Assembly (NCBI GenBank): GCA_036519055.1
Contig: DATDLZ010000074.1
Coordinates: 1 to 61,697 of the forward strand
From: Mycobacterium sp.
GTDB taxonomy: Bacteria; Actinomycetota; Actinomycetes; Mycobacteriales; Mycobacteriaceae
Length of the DNA stretch: 61,697 nt
Direction of reading: 5' to 3'
Positions within the stretch are counted from its first letter, which is position 1. Each line of letters starts with the position of its first letter. Positions 41,156-54,657 of the stretch are shown here, piece by piece. The position numbers were made by a program, and so were the translations under genes. The notes under the pieces are model-generated. The model did not search any database. It saw only the letters and a list, made by a program, of their open reading frames with translations, and was not told the DNA's origin.

Positions 41156-41972
41156 TATCGCTATCAAGCCCACGCCGGGGACGCTGACCCTCGTGCCGCG
41201 CGGATGGCAACGCGTGCCCGCGACGTTGAGCCGCGTCAGCGCATTCGCGATCGTGGAAATGCAGAAGCTGCGACGCGATCGCACCGAGCTCGTCACGCGG
41301 ATGGTGCAACCGGCGCTGTGGCTACTGATCTTCGGCACCACCTTCAGCAAGCTGCACGTGATCAACACCGGGCCGGTGTCCTACCTGGCGTTCCTGGCGC
41401 CGGGCATCATCGCCCAGTCGGCGCTGTTCATCTCGATCTTCTACGGCATCCAGATCATCTGGGACCGCGACGCCGGCATCCTGGCCAAGCTGATGGTGAC
41501 ACCATCGCCCGCCGCGGCGCTGATCTCCGGCAAGGCGTTCGCAGCGGGCGTGCGATCGGTGGCCCAGGTCGTCGGCGTGTTGGCGCTGGCCTATGTGATG
41601 GGCATCGGGATGACGATCAACCCGCTGCGGATCCTGGCCGCGACGGCCGTCGTGATGCTGGGTTCGGCGTTTTTCGCCTGCCTGTCGATGACGTTGGCCG
41701 GGTTGGTGCGCAGCCGCGACCGGTTGATGGGAATCGGCCAGGCGATCACCATGCCGCTGTTCTTTGCGTCCAACGCGCTGTATCCGGTCGACGTCATGCC
41801 GGCCTGGCTGCATGTGCTCAGCACGGTCAACCCGCTCAGTTATGAAGTCCATGCCCTGCGGGCGCTGCTGATCGGCACACCGTTCAACCCGCTGGACGTC
41901 GTGGTGTTGGTGGTGGCGGCGATTCTCGGAATCGCCACGGCGTCAACGCTTTTGCGGCGTCTGGTCAGATAG
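41145..41972 (+). CDS. ABC-2 type transporter permease
   Basis: QPALWLLIFG, FLAPG, SNALYP, NPLSY. Confidence 0.9.
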   Translation: MPVDIAIKPTPGTLTLVPRGWQRVPATLSRVSAFAIVEMQKLRRDRTELVTRMVQPALWLLIFGTTFSKLHVINTGPVSYLAFLAPGIIAQSALFISIFYGIQIIWDRDAGILAKLMVTPSPAAALISGKAFAAGVRSVAQVVGVLALAYVMGIGMTINPLRILAATAVVMLGSAFFACLSMTLAGLVRSRDRLMGIGQAITMPLFFASNALYPVDVMPAWLHVLSTVNPLSYEVHALRALLIGTPFNPLDVVVLVVAAILGIATASTLLRRLVR

Positions 41973-41988
41973 ATCACGAATATGTAAC

Positions 41989-42019
41989 GCCCCCTGCTGA
42001 ATTCGATTCGGCAGGGGGC
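41989..42019 (+). terminator. Intrinsic terminator
   Basis: GCCCCCTGCTGAAT-TCG-ATTCGGCAGGGGGC stem followed by TATTT. Confidence 0.75.
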
Positions 42020-42148
42020 TATTTCGTCGTCGGGTAGCTCCGAGTCGGAATCGTTATCTGCGGGTAACGCTTCGAGCCTCAATCGTTAGCGAACCGCGAT
42101 CGCACACCCCGAGGTGACTAACAGGCTTGTAGTTACTTGCGTGTTTGA

Positions 42149-43198
<1,050 letters not shown>

Positions 43199-43212
43199 CA
43201 TCTCCACCCACG

Positions 43213-43249
43213 CATCGGCAGCAGCGCTCCCCCAGCGCTGCTGCCGATG
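43213..43249. terminator. Strong hairpin terminator between convergent genes
   Basis: CATCGGCAGCAGCGCT-CCCCC-AGCGCTGCTGCCGATG perfect 16-bp stem. Confidence 0.8.
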
Positions 43250-43264
43250 TATTTGTCCGGGAAG

Positions 43265-43945
43265 CTAATTCAGTAAGGCGCGGCGATCCTGGTGAAAGTA
43301 CGTATAGGCGGTTGCCAACGCGCACATCGCCGAAGCGAACACCAGCATCCCGGTCCCGTTGACGAGCGTGCTGATGAGGCCACCCACCGTGGCACCCAAA
43401 ACGAAGCTACTGAACAGCAGGAAGTAGCCGAGCCAATCCGACAGGTTGCCGCCGGCGATGTGCCGTTCGATGCCCTGTCCCATCTTGACCAGCGTGCCGG
43501 TCACGTAACTCAACGGCACCGACACTTCACCATCCCTGACGAACGACGTGTTCAGCGCGCCGATAGCGAAGGCCAACAACATGATCGGCGGGAAGTCGAG
43601 CTGACCCTCTTCCCAGCCCTCGTCCAAGACGTCCACAAATGTTGCCGCTATCAAGCTAAACGTCGCCAGCACCGTCGGGCCGTGCGGATGTGCGACCCAG
43701 AAATGCCGCCGACACACCGACGAGATCACCACGCCGGCGACGAAGCTCAGCAGCAGCAGACCTGCCGTCACCGACAACACCACGTCGCCGCGGAAATAAC
43801 CCAGCACCGCGCGTTGCGCGTTTCCGGTCATGAACGTGACGAAGTACCCGGCCGAGTGGGTGAAAGCCGTCGCACCGAGCACACCGGCAAGCCCCGCCAG
43901 CACCCACGACAAGCGCGCTTCACTGTCGAACGTCTCAAGAAGCAT
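43265..43945 (-). CDS. DUF1275/YoaK membrane protein, Rv0128-like
   Basis: FVTFMTGN, SYVTGTL, multiple transmembrane segments. Confidence 0.88.
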   Translation of the reverse strand: MLLETFDSEARLSWVLAGLAGVLGATAFTHSAGYFVTFMTGNAQRAVLGYFRGDVVLSVTAGLLLLSFVAGVVISSVCRRHFWVAHPHGPTVLATFSLIAATFVDVLDEGWEEGQLDFPPIMLLAFAIGALNTSFVRDGEVSVPLSYVTGTLVKMGQGIERHIAGGNLSDWLGYFLLFSSFVLGATVGGLISTLVNGTGMLVFASAMCALATAYTYFHQDRRALLN

Positions 43946-44012
43946 GAAACCTATGCTTTCAAAAAGCTACGCCGATGACAGGGCGGGGACGGCCATTCAG
44001 GTGACACTCACA

Positions 44013-45328
44013 TCAATCTGCTACAAACTTGGCGATCGACCGCAGCGGAATGGGTAGCCAACCGGGCCGGTGCCGAGACTCGTAACCCGCCTCATAAACC
44101 GCCTTGTCCAGCTCGTACGCCGCCAGGATCAGCGCCGAATCACGCGGGTCGACGCCGGATGCCGCCGCATAACCGTCACAGAAGGCAGTTCGGTTGCGCT
44201 GCACCCACTCTCGAGCACGCGCGGCCAATTGCTTGTCGGCGGACTGGTCGACCAGCGGTCCGTAGGCGGCGTACTCGAACGATCGCAACACCCCTGCCAC
44301 GTCGCGCAGCACGGAGTCCGGTGCGCGGCGTTCGGCCAGCGGCTGGCCCGGTTCACCCTCGAAGTCGATCAGCAGCCAGGACTCGGGCGTGCGCAGCACC
44401 TGTCCCAAATGCAGGTCGCCATGCACCCGCTGCACCGTGATGGTCTGCTCGGCCAACTTCTGGAACCGATGCTCGATCGCCGGCGCGTACTGCTCGAGCT
44501 CGGAGACCGCGCCGGCCGCCGACGACAACCGGGCCAGCATGGTGTCGACCGGGAACGGGGCCTGCGAGGTGCCGAGCGCCTCGGCGAGCCCGCCATGCAC
44601 CGACGCGACGGCTTCGCCCAGCCGGTAGGACTCGCCGGCGAAGTCACCGCCGACCTCGTACGCGTAGAGGTCGCCCTCGGCGAACAAGTCGCGAACGCTG
44701 GCGGTGGCCATCGCCCAGCCCTCGGCCGCGTTGCCTTCATACTCGGTCGCCATGCCCAGCGGACAGCTGGTGTCGGTGTCCGAAGCGGTCAGCTCGTAGG
44801 TACCCAGCAGGCGTGCCACGTGCGGGTTTCCGGCCCGGCCCAGGACCCGGTTGAGCTCGATATCGGGGTTGACGCCCGGGCTGACGCGGCGAAACACCTT
44901 CAAGATCGCATCGCGATCGAAGATCACGCTGGTGTTGCTCTGCTCGGCGTCCGACACGCGTGGATAGGCGTCCAGAGGCAGGGTGACGTCCGGCTCTTTG
45001 CCGAACGACACGCCCTCCCGGGTGGCCGACGAGTCGACCAGCGACAGCAGAAATGCCGCGGAGTCCGGATCGTAGAGCGCGTCGAAGCCGGTGCGATCGC
45101 GATCGGCGCCGATGGTGGCGACGGTGTTGTACTCGGTGGGCGGCTCGGAATCCCAGCCGACGATCACCTGGTAGCGCTCGGTCGAACCGTCGGTGTACGT
45201 CACGTCCACCAGCACGAGATCCAGATTGTCGCGCAAACCTACGACGAGACCAGGCTCGGCGGTTGCCAGTTCGCGGCTACGCCCGGCGTACCAACGCTGC
45301 TGCGGTAGCCAATCCGACCACGGCAAGT

Positions 45329-45332
<4 letters not shown>
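44013..45332 (-). CDS. mak: Maltokinase (Pep2)
   Basis: [29 protein letters not shown]; coupled to treS. Confidence 0.95.
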
Positions 45333-47110
<1,778 letters not shown>

Positions 47111-47120
47111 GACGTTACAC

Positions 47121-47146
47121 GTACCCGGGGTGTGGCATCGAAAACC
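47121..47146 (-). promoter_or_regulatory. Putative SigF promoter of treS-mak (probably leaderless)
   Basis: Minus strand GGTTT-N15-GGGTAC ending 10 nt before the GTG start. Confidence 0.65.
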
Positions 47147-47194
47147 TTATGCGCCAGACGAATTGAGCACAGCTGCATGAGCTGCGACGTTGGA

Positions 47195-48229
47195 TCAGCC
47201 CGGCGGGCCGTCCCCCAACGCCACATTGACTTCCCGTCCGCCCAACCCCACGCTGACGCCCTCGCCGGGGTGGTGCTGGTCGAGAATTCTCGTCAGTGCG
47301 GTAGCCGAGTTCACCGGCTGGCCGTTGATCGAGGTGATCACGTCACCCGGAGCGAGACCGGCCCCGGCGGCGGGACCGGTCGGAATCACCTGCCGGATGA
47401 TGGCGCCTGCGCCGCCCGGGGCGTCGTTGACTCCCACTCCGAGGAACGCGGTCGGCCCGATGTGCACCGTCGCCGACGAAGCGCCGGACCGGATCTGTCC
47501 GGCGATGGCCATCGCCTCGTTGATCGGGATCGCAAAGCCCTGGCCGCTGCCCAGGTGGAAGTTCGCCGTTGCGGCGGTGTTCATGCCGATCACCTGGTTG
47601 GCGGCGTTGACCGTTGGGCCACCCGAGTCACCCGGGCGGATGTTCGCGTTGACCTGGATCAGGTTGCTAAGGCTCTCGGTGCTACCGGTCAGCGCGTCGC
47701 TTGCCGACACCGTCTGGCCCAGCGCACCGATCCGCCCCTCCTCCACGCTGGGCGCACCGCCCGCACCGCCGGCGTTACCCAGCGAGACGACCGGATCGCC
47801 CACCTTCACCGTGTCGGAGTTGCCGATATTGGCCACCGGTAGGCCGCCTCCGGCGAGTTGCAGTACAGCGATGTCGTGCTGGCGGTCGAAACCGATCACC
47901 GTCGCCGGGTAGGTCTGGCCATTCGCGATGGACCTCGCGGTGAGGTCGGTCGCGCCGGCGATCACGTGGTTGTTGGTGAGGACCACGCTGGGGTCGATCA
48001 CGATGCCGGTTCCGGCGCCGATCGCGCTCTGGAATCCAAGCTTGGCGTCGATGTCCACGATTTGCGGACCCACCTGCGCGGCCGCGGCCGCCGCGTCGCG
48101 CGGGGCAGGCGTCGTCAGCGGTGACGCGTGCGCGGGCGCCGTCGCCAGAGCCAGGCCTGTCGCTGCCAACAGACTGAGCAAGCGCAGCGACCCCCGCGGT
48201 GTGCCGCGGTGCGATCCGCTCATCCCCAT
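47195..48229 (-). CDS. pepA: Secreted HtrA-like serine protease with PDZ domain (PepA/Mtb32A)
   Basis: Signal peptide, TNNHV, DIAVL, GDSGG, C-terminal PDZ. Confidence 0.9.
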   Translation of the reverse strand: MGMSGSHRGTPRGSLRLLSLLAATGLALATAPAHASPLTTPAPRDAAAAAAQVGPQIVDIDAKLGFQSAIGAGTGIVIDPSVVLTNNHVIAGATDLTARSIANGQTYPATVIGFDRQHDIAVLQLAGGGLPVANIGNSDTVKVGDPVVSLGNAGGAGGAPSVEEGRIGALGQTVSASDALTGSTESLSNLIQVNANIRPGDSGGPTVNAANQVIGMNTAATANFHLGSGQGFAIPINEAMAIAGQIRSGASSATVHIGPTAFLGVGVNDAPGGAGAIIRQVIPTGPAAGAGLAPGDVITSINGQPVNSATALTRILDQHHPGEGVSVGLGGREVNVALGDGPPG

Positions 48230-48451
48230 TTACCTCCTGCGTAAGTACCAGCCGAATTCAGCCCGAATGTCGCAAGATTATGATCTTGACGACACAACTT
48301 TGTTCATCTAACCGTAGCCTGCGTCGCTCGGCCAGGCATATCGATGTCGGGTTTTCCCGGTCCCGCCGGAGGTTGATCCACCGGCACATTGCAAGGCGGT
48401 AGCTTCATAGCTTCGGCTGAACGGCAACTCGACAGCAAAGGTGTCTTGCGC

Positions 48452-49213
48452 ATGGGCGTGCTTGATTCATTCCGGCTCGACGACAAAGTCGTGATCGTGA
48501 CCGGCGCTTCGTCCGGGCTGGGTGTGTCGTTCGCCCAGGCATTCGCCGAGGCCGGTGCCGACGTCGTGTTAGGCGCCCGACGCGTCGACAGGTTGGCCGA
48601 GACGGCGTCTCTCGTGGAGGCCGGCGGCCGCAAGGCACTGACCATCGCGACCGACGTCAGCGAGCCCGAGCAGTGCCAGGCGCTGGTCGATGCCGCGATG
48701 CAGACCTTCGGCCGGGTCGACGTGTTGATCAACAACGCCGGCGTCGGGACCGCGCACCCAGCGACCCGCGAGACACCCGAGCAGTTCCGCTCGGTGATCG
48801 ACGTCAACCTCAACGGCGCGTACTGGGTGGCACAGGCCTGCGGGCGGGTCATGCAGCCCGGAAGTTCGGTGATCAACATCGCCAGCATTCTGGGGATCAC
48901 CACCGCCGGACTGCCGCAGGCGGCCTACAGCGCAAGCAAGGCCGGGATCATCGGGCTCACCCGGGATCTGGCGCAGCAGTGGGGCGCGCGCAAGGGCATT
49001 CGGGTGAATGCCCTCGCTCCGGGATTCTTCAAAACCGAGATGACCGACGAATACAAACCCGGCTACCTGGAGAGCCAGTCGCATCGACTGATCCTGGGCC
49101 GACTGGGCGATGGACGCGAACTCGCGGCCACCGCGGTCTGGTTGGCATCGGCGGCCGGCGGATACGTCACCGGACAGACGATCGTCGTCGACGGCGGCCT
49201 GAGCATTACCTAA
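48452..49213 (+). CDS. SDR family oxidoreductase
   Basis: [17 protein letters not shown]. Confidence 0.92.
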   Translation: MGVLDSFRLDDKVVIVTGASSGLGVSFAQAFAEAGADVVLGARRVDRLAETASLVEAGGRKALTIATDVSEPEQCQALVDAAMQTFGRVDVLINNAGVGTAHPATRETPEQFRSVIDVNLNGAYWVAQACGRVMQPGSSVINIASILGITTAGLPQAAYSASKAGIIGLTRDLAQQWGARKGIRVNALAPGFFKTEMTDEYKPGYLESQSHRLILGRLGDGRELAATAVWLASAAGGYVTGQTIVVDGGLSIT

Positions 49214-49241
49214 ATCAACTCCGGCACCTAGGCTCAGCGAC

Positions 49242-49649
49242 GTGGTCGAATTCGACCCCCAGGCCCGCTTCGCGCACGCACCGGTAGCCCGGTTGGCCAG
49301 CGCCGCCCTCGACGGCCGGCCGCATCTGGTGCCGGTGGTCTTCGCGCTGCACGACGAGGTCATCTATACGGCCGTCGACGCCAAACCCAAGACGACCCAT
49401 CGGCTGCGCCGGCTCGCCAACATCGAGCGCAACCCGCAGGTGAGCCTGCTGGTCGACCACTACGCCGATGACTGGACGCAGTTGTGGTGGGTCCGCGCCG
49501 ACGGTGTTGCCGCGATCCATCACGACGGCGACACCATGCACGTCGGACGCGATCTGCTACGTGCGAAATATGCTCAATACCAATCGGTTTCGCTGGATGG
49601 CCCGGTGATCGCCGTCGCGGTCCAGCGCTGGAGCAGTTGGCACGCCTGA
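49242..49649 (+). CDS. PPOX-class F420-dependent oxidoreductase, Rv0121c-like
   Basis: [30 protein letters not shown]. Confidence 0.88.
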   Translation: MVEFDPQARFAHAPVARLASAALDGRPHLVPVVFALHDEVIYTAVDAKPKTTHRLRRLANIERNPQVSLLVDHYADDWTQLWWVRADGVAAIHHDGDTMHVGRDLLRAKYAQYQSVSLDGPVIAVAVQRWSSWHA

Positions 49650-49760
49650 GCCCGCTGGCTCCCTTAATTCCCTTCACCGCCCGTTCACCCTTGTTTTGCG
49701 CGGACGCTAGGAGAAAAGTGACCTGCATCACGATGACGGGGACCGCGAGGGAGTGACGTC

Positions 49761-51920
49761 ATGGCAGACAAGTCCCACAGTTCGAACGGCGCAGGAGCAG
49801 CTCCCGCCGTAGACGATCCGGCCGCCGTCCGGAACGTGGTGCTGGTAGGCCCGTCCGGCGGCGGCAAGACCACCTTGGTCGACGCGCTTCTTGTCGCGTC
49901 CGGCGTGTTGTCCAGACCCGGCTGTATCGCCGACGGCACCACGGTCTGCGATCACGACGAGGCCGAGATCCGCCAGCAGCGTTCGGTCAGTCTCGCTTTG
50001 GCGTCGCTGTCGCACGACGGCGTCAAGGTCAACCTCGTCGACACCCCCGGCTACGCGGACTTCGTCGGCGAATTGCGGGCCGGGTTGCGCGCCGCGGACT
50101 GCGCGCTGTTCGTGATCGCGGCCAACGAGGACGTCGACGAGCCGACGAAGTCACTGTGGCAGGAGTGCAACCAGGTCTGCATGCCCCGAGCCGTGGTGAT
50201 CACCAAACTCGACCACGCCAGGGCCAACTACCAGAATGCGCTCGCGGCCGCGCAGAATGCGTTCGGCGACAAGGTTTTACCGCTCTATCTCCCTACCGGT
50301 GACGGCGTGATCGGTCTGTTGTCGCAGACGCACTACGAATACGCGAACGGCAAGCGGACCGCCCACGCGCCCGACGCCTCCTACGCCGATCAGATCGAGG
50401 AAACCCGCGGCACGTTGATCGAGGGAATCATCGAGGAGTCCGAAGACGAATCGCTGATGGAGCGTTACCTGGACGGCGAAAAGATCGACGAAGCGGTGCT
50501 GATCGACGATCTGGAGAAAGCAGTCGCCCGCGGCTCGTTCTTCCCGGTGATTCCGGTCTGCAGCGGCACCGGCGTCGGCACCCTGGAACTACTGGAGGTG
50601 GCCACCCGCGGATTTCCGTCCCCGGCGGAACACCCACTGCCCGAGGTGTTTACGTCGCAAGGTGCCGCGTTCACGAAGGTGACTTGCGGCTCCGAGTCGC
50701 CGCTGCTGGCCGAGGTGGTGAAGACGACGTCGGACCCCTATGTCGGCAGGCTCAGCCTGGTCCGGGTGTTCTCCGGGACCATCAGGCCCGACACGACCGT
50801 TCATGTGTCGGGCCATTTCTCGTCGTTCTTCGGCTCGCCAGACGACGCCGGCCCCGATTCTTTGGCCGGCCACGTGGACCACGACGAGGATGAACGCATC
50901 GGTGCGCTGTCCTTCCCGCTGGGCAAGCAGCAGCGGCCGGCATCGATGGTGCTGCCCGGCGACATGTGCGCCATCGGACGTCTGAGCCGGGCCGAAACCG
51001 GCGACACACTCTCCGACAAGGCGCAGCCGCTGGTGCTCAAGCCGTGGATGATGCCGGAATCATTGCTGCCGGTGGCGATTCAGGCACATGCCAAGACCGA
51101 CGAGGACAAGCTGTCGGTCGGGCTTGGACGATTGGCCGCCGAGGACCCGACCCTGCGGATCGAGCAGAACCCGGAGACGCATCAGATCGTGCTGTGGTGC
51201 ATGGGCGAAGCCCATGCCGGTGTGGTGCTGGACGCACTGGCCAACCGCTACAGCGTCTCCGTGGATACCGTCGAGCTGCGGGTACCGCTGCGAGAAACCT
51301 TTGGCAGCAAGGCGAAAGGCCACGGCCGGCACGTCAAACAGTCCGGTGGACACGGGCAGTACGCGGTGTGTGACATCGAGGTCGAACCGCTACCCGAAGG
51401 CTCCGGGTTCGAGTTCCTCGACAAGGTGGTCGGCGGCTCGGTGCCGCGCCAGTTCATCTCGAGCGTCGAGAAGGGTGTGCGCGCTCAGATGGAAAAGGGT
51501 GTGCACGCCGGTTATCCCGTCGTCGATATCCGGGTCACCCTGCTCGACGGCAAGGCGCATAGCGTGGATTCCTCAGATTTCGCCTTCCAGATGGCCGGGG
51601 CGCTGGCGCTGAAAGAAGCCGCGGCCGCGGCGAAGCCGGCGCTGCTCGAGCCGATCGACGAGGTCTCCGTGCTGATACCCGACGACCTGGTCGGCGCCGT
51701 GATGAGCGACTTGTCCGGGCGTCGCGGCCGGGTAATGGGGACCGACACGGCCGGCAACGACCGCACATTGGTGAGATCCGAAGTCCCACAGGTTGAGTTG
51801 ACCCGTTACGCAATCGATTTGCGCTCGCTCTCACACGGCGCGGCCTCGTTCACCCGCACCTTCGCTCGGTATGAACCGATGCCAGAATCCGCTGCCGCGC
51901 AGGTGAAGTCCGCGGGCTGA
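49761..51920 (+). CDS. fusA2: Elongation factor G-like protein EF-G2
   Basis: GPSGGGKTT, DTPGYADF, KQSGGHGQY, HSVDSS. Confidence 0.95.
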   Translation: MADKSHSSNGAGAAPAVDDPAAVRNVVLVGPSGGGKTTLVDALLVASGVLSRPGCIADGTTVCDHDEAEIRQQRSVSLALASLSHDGVKVNLVDTPGYADFVGELRAGLRAADCALFVIAANEDVDEPTKSLWQECNQVCMPRAVVITKLDHARANYQNALAAAQNAFGDKVLPLYLPTGDGVIGLLSQTHYEYANGKRTAHAPDASYADQIEETRGTLIEGIIEESEDESLMERYLDGEKIDEAVLIDDLEKAVARGSFFPVIPVCSGTGVGTLELLEVATRGFPSPAEHPLPEVFTSQGAAFTKVTCGSESPLLAEVVKTTSDPYVGRLSLVRVFSGTIRPDTTVHVSGHFSSFFGSPDDAGPDSLAGHVDHDEDERIGALSFPLGKQQRPASMVLPGDMCAIGRLSRAETGDTLSDKAQPLVLKPWMMPESLLPVAIQAHAKTDEDKLSVGLGRLAAEDPTLRIEQNPETHQIVLWCMGEAHAGVVLDALANRYSVSVDTVELRVPLRETFGSKAKGHGRHVKQSGGHGQYAVCDIEVEPLPEGSGFEFLDKVVGGSVPRQFISSVEKGVRAQMEKGVHAGYPVVDIRVTLLDGKAHSVDSSDFAFQMAGALALKEAAAAAKPALLEPIDEVSVLIPDDLVGAVMSDLSGRRGRVMGTDTAGNDRTLVRSEVPQVELTRYAIDLRSLSHGAASFTRTFARYEPMPESAAAQVKSAG

Positions 51921-52169
51921 CGCCGCGGGGCGCACACGGCCAACGCATAGCCGGTGCAATTTCCGCTTGCCACACCGCGCCCAGCGTAAGACTTCGATAT
52001 CACTCTCTAGGGCATATTTGCGGCGTGAGCAGCGACGATACCCGAAACGCGCGTATATCGATCGCGACTTGCGCAATTTATAGTCTGTTTGCTGAGCGCC
52101 AGATAGGGCATATTAGAGTTACGGAATGCGAGCGCTTCGGGCTTGCATCGTCTCGGAGGGGTGGACACC

Positions 52170-52925
52170 GTGGTGAGAGCGATTCGAATGGGATGGCTTG
52201 CGGCCCTGACCGCAATGCTGGCCGTGGCGGGATCGGTGGCCACGGGCACGGCGGCGATCGCACCGCCCAACCTGGCCGCGGGCGTGGCATCGATCCAGCC
52301 GGCCAACGGCGCCGTGGTCGGCGTGGCCCACCCGGTGATCGTCACGTTCACCGCTCCGGTCACCAACCGCCCGGCCGCCGAGCGCGCAATCAAGATCACC
52401 GCACCGAATCGCATGACCGGGCGGTTCGATTGGCCCCAGCCCAACGTTGTCGAGTGGAAGCCGGACGGTTACTGGCCGGCCCACAGCCACGTCGGCGTCG
52501 AAGTACATGCGCTGTCAACCGGTTTCGACACCGGTGATCAGGTGGTGGGCGTGGCCAGCATCTCCGCGCACACGTTCACGGTCAGCCAGAATGGCGAGGT
52601 GCTGCGCACGATGCCGGCGTCGATGGGTAAGCCCACTCGTCCAACACCGATGGGAAATTTCGCTGCGCTGTCCAAAGAGCGCACGGTCGTTATGGACTCG
52701 CGGACCATCGGGATCCCCCTCGAGTCGTCGGAGGGATACAAGATCACCGCGTCGTACGCGGTCCGGGTCACCTGGAGCGGCGTGTACGTGCACTCGGCCC
52801 CGTGGTCGGTGGACTCTCAGGGCTATTCGAACGTCAGCCACGGCTGCATCAACCTCAGCCCGGACAACGCCGCGTGGTACTTCGACACCGTCCACATCGG
52901 GGACCCCATCAACGTGGTGTCCTGA
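52170..52925 (+). CDS. ldtA: L,D-transpeptidase LdtA (LdtMt1-like)
   Basis: Signal peptide, Ig-like domain, HSAPW...SHGCIN catalytic motif. Confidence 0.9.
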   Translation: MVRAIRMGWLAALTAMLAVAGSVATGTAAIAPPNLAAGVASIQPANGAVVGVAHPVIVTFTAPVTNRPAAERAIKITAPNRMTGRFDWPQPNVVEWKPDGYWPAHSHVGVEVHALSTGFDTGDQVVGVASISAHTFTVSQNGEVLRTMPASMGKPTRPTPMGNFAALSKERTVVMDSRTIGIPLESSEGYKITASYAVRVTWSGVYVHSAPWSVDSQGYSNVSHGCINLSPDNAAWYFDTVHIGDPINVVS

Positions 52926-53121
52926 TCCCGGTATCTGCAGCGGCGTACGTCGCTGTGACGGCGGTCACACCGCTATGTCGGAAGACATCACCGGGCTGCC
53001 TCTGTTGCGCCTACCGGAGGCTGTAACGCATGGGCGATCGACTCGGTACGCCTAATCACCGTCAGTTGTTCAAAGTCGCTGCAGCCGAGAGATTTTCGCA
53101 ACGAAAAGCAGGGAGATCACG

Positions 53122-54063
53122 ATGGTAGCCGCACAAGCGCGAGCAGTCCGCTTCGACCGTTACGGCGGGCGCGAGGAGTTGTACGTGGCCGATATCGATC
53201 GGCCGTCGCCCAGTGCCGGCGAGGTGCTGGTCGAGGTTCGCGCAGCCGGCATCAATCCCGGTGAGATCGGCATTCGCAGCGGGGCACTGCACGAACGATT
53301 CCCGGCCACCTTCCCGTCCGGCGAGGGCAGCGATCTGGCCGGCGTCGTGCTCGAGGTCGGCGACGGCGTCAGCGATTTCGCCGTCGGCGACGATGTGCTG
53401 GGTTTCAGTTTCCAGCGCTCGAGCCACGCCACCCACGCGAAAGTCCCGGTCGACCAGCTGATCCACAAACCTGCCGAGCTGAGTTGGGAGGTCGCGGGTT
53501 CGCTATACGTCGTCGGCGTCACGGCCTACGCGGCCGTTCGCGCTGTCGCGCCGCAACCGGGTGAGACCGTCGCGGTCTCCGCCGCGGCCGGAGGCGTTGG
53601 CAGCCTGGTGGTCCAGCTGTTGGCCCTGCGCGACGTGCGGGTGTTGGGTATCGCATCGTCGGGCAATGCGCAGTGGCTCCGCGCCCACGGCGTCGAGCCG
53701 GTCGAATACGGCGACGGGTTGGCACAACGGCTGCAGCAGGCCGCACCGGACGGCATCGACGCCTTCATCGACCTGTTCGGACCGGACTATGTGCAGCTGG
53801 CGGTCGACCTCGGCGTACCACCCGAGCGGATCAACACCATCATTTCCTTCGAGAAGGCCGCCGAGGTCGGCGCGAAAAGCGAAGGCAGCGCTGAGGCGTC
53901 GACACCGGCGGTGCTGACCGAGATCGCCGATCTGGTCACTTCCGGCGCGCTCGACTTCGATGTCGCCGCGACCTACCCGCTCGACCGGGTCGTCGACGCG
54001 TTCGCAGAACTCGAGCAACGACACACGCACGGCAAGATCGTTCTGCTGCCTCAGGTTTCGTGA
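53122..54063 (+). CDS. NADP-dependent MDR oxidoreductase
   Basis: AGINPG, GSDLAG, SAAAGGVG, GKIVL. Confidence 0.9.
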   Translation: MVAAQARAVRFDRYGGREELYVADIDRPSPSAGEVLVEVRAAGINPGEIGIRSGALHERFPATFPSGEGSDLAGVVLEVGDGVSDFAVGDDVLGFSFQRSSHATHAKVPVDQLIHKPAELSWEVAGSLYVVGVTAYAAVRAVAPQPGETVAVSAAAGGVGSLVVQLLALRDVRVLGIASSGNAQWLRAHGVEPVEYGDGLAQRLQQAAPDGIDAFIDLFGPDYVQLAVDLGVPPERINTIISFEKAAEVGAKSEGSAEASTPAVLTEIADLVTSGALDFDVAATYPLDRVVDAFAELEQRHTHGKIVLLPQVS

Positions 54064-54069
54064 CGCTGG

Positions 54070-54396
54070 TTAGGACGCGGTGGCCTGGCCGGCCAGGCCG
54101 CGGTGCTCGTCGACGGCGCTGACCAGTCTGGCTTTCTGCGCGATCCGGCTCCGGTAGTACGACCACGGCTGACGCTCCTCTACCGGAACGCCGACCATCT
54201 GGTCGAGCAGGTTGGTGGCTTGCAGCGCATCGGCGAGATGGCGCTGCAGCCTACCCAGATCGCTGAGCACTTTGAACGTGTCGTCGCTGGCGGTGGTGGG
54301 AATGCTGCCGTCCGCGAGGAGCTCCAACGCACTGAACAGGGCAGCGCGGACGTCGCCGCAGGCTCGATGAATCTGACGCTCGGGGTTGGGACGCAT
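54070..54396 (-). CDS. Hypothetical 108-aa soluble helical protein downstream of the M-box
   Basis: GAGGAG RBS 6 nt before ATG 54396; no recognisable family. Confidence 0.6.
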   Translation of the reverse strand: MRPNPERQIHRACGDVRAALFSALELLADGSIPTTASDDTFKVLSDLGRLQRHLADALQATNLLDQMVGVPVEERQPWSYYRSRIAQKARLVSAVDEHRGLAGQATAS

Positions 54397-54492
54397 GATC
54401 GTCTCCTCAGGGGAAGCCCGACCCATCGCTGTAGGCGAGTCCAGCCACCGCCAATTGTAGGTCGGCACAACAGAACCGACATCCGGGGAGGC

Positions 54493-54573
54493 TCAGGCGA
54501 CGGCGGGAAGACCGCTACCGGATCGGGACGAAATGGATTTCCAATATGGATGCGGACTATCGCTCGGACTCAT
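54493..54573 (-). CDS. 26-aa leader peptide MSPSDSPHPYWKSISSRSGSGLPAVA
   Basis: Strong SD GAGGAGGTGA (54581-54590) 7 nt before ATG; below the ORF-track size cutoff. Confidence 0.65.
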   Translation of the reverse strand: MSPSDSPHPYWKSISSRSGSGLPAVA

Positions 54574-54657
54574 ATCGCCCTCACCTCCTCACGGCCAGGA
54601 CACACGGGGGTGTCACCACAGCGCACGCATGACAGGGGGTTGGCGCCTGACGGCGAC

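Noticed and set aside
49761-51920. Degenerate GTPase motifs (RQQRSV switch I, TKLD) in the EF-G-like protein
   Set aside because: Known property of actinobacterial EF-G2/FusA2
54180-54482. 100-aa minus-strand ORF after the leader peptide
   Set aside because: No SD, Arg/Ser/Pro-rich off-frame composition, and it overlaps the better-supported 54396 ORF; a short translated role cannot be fully excluded
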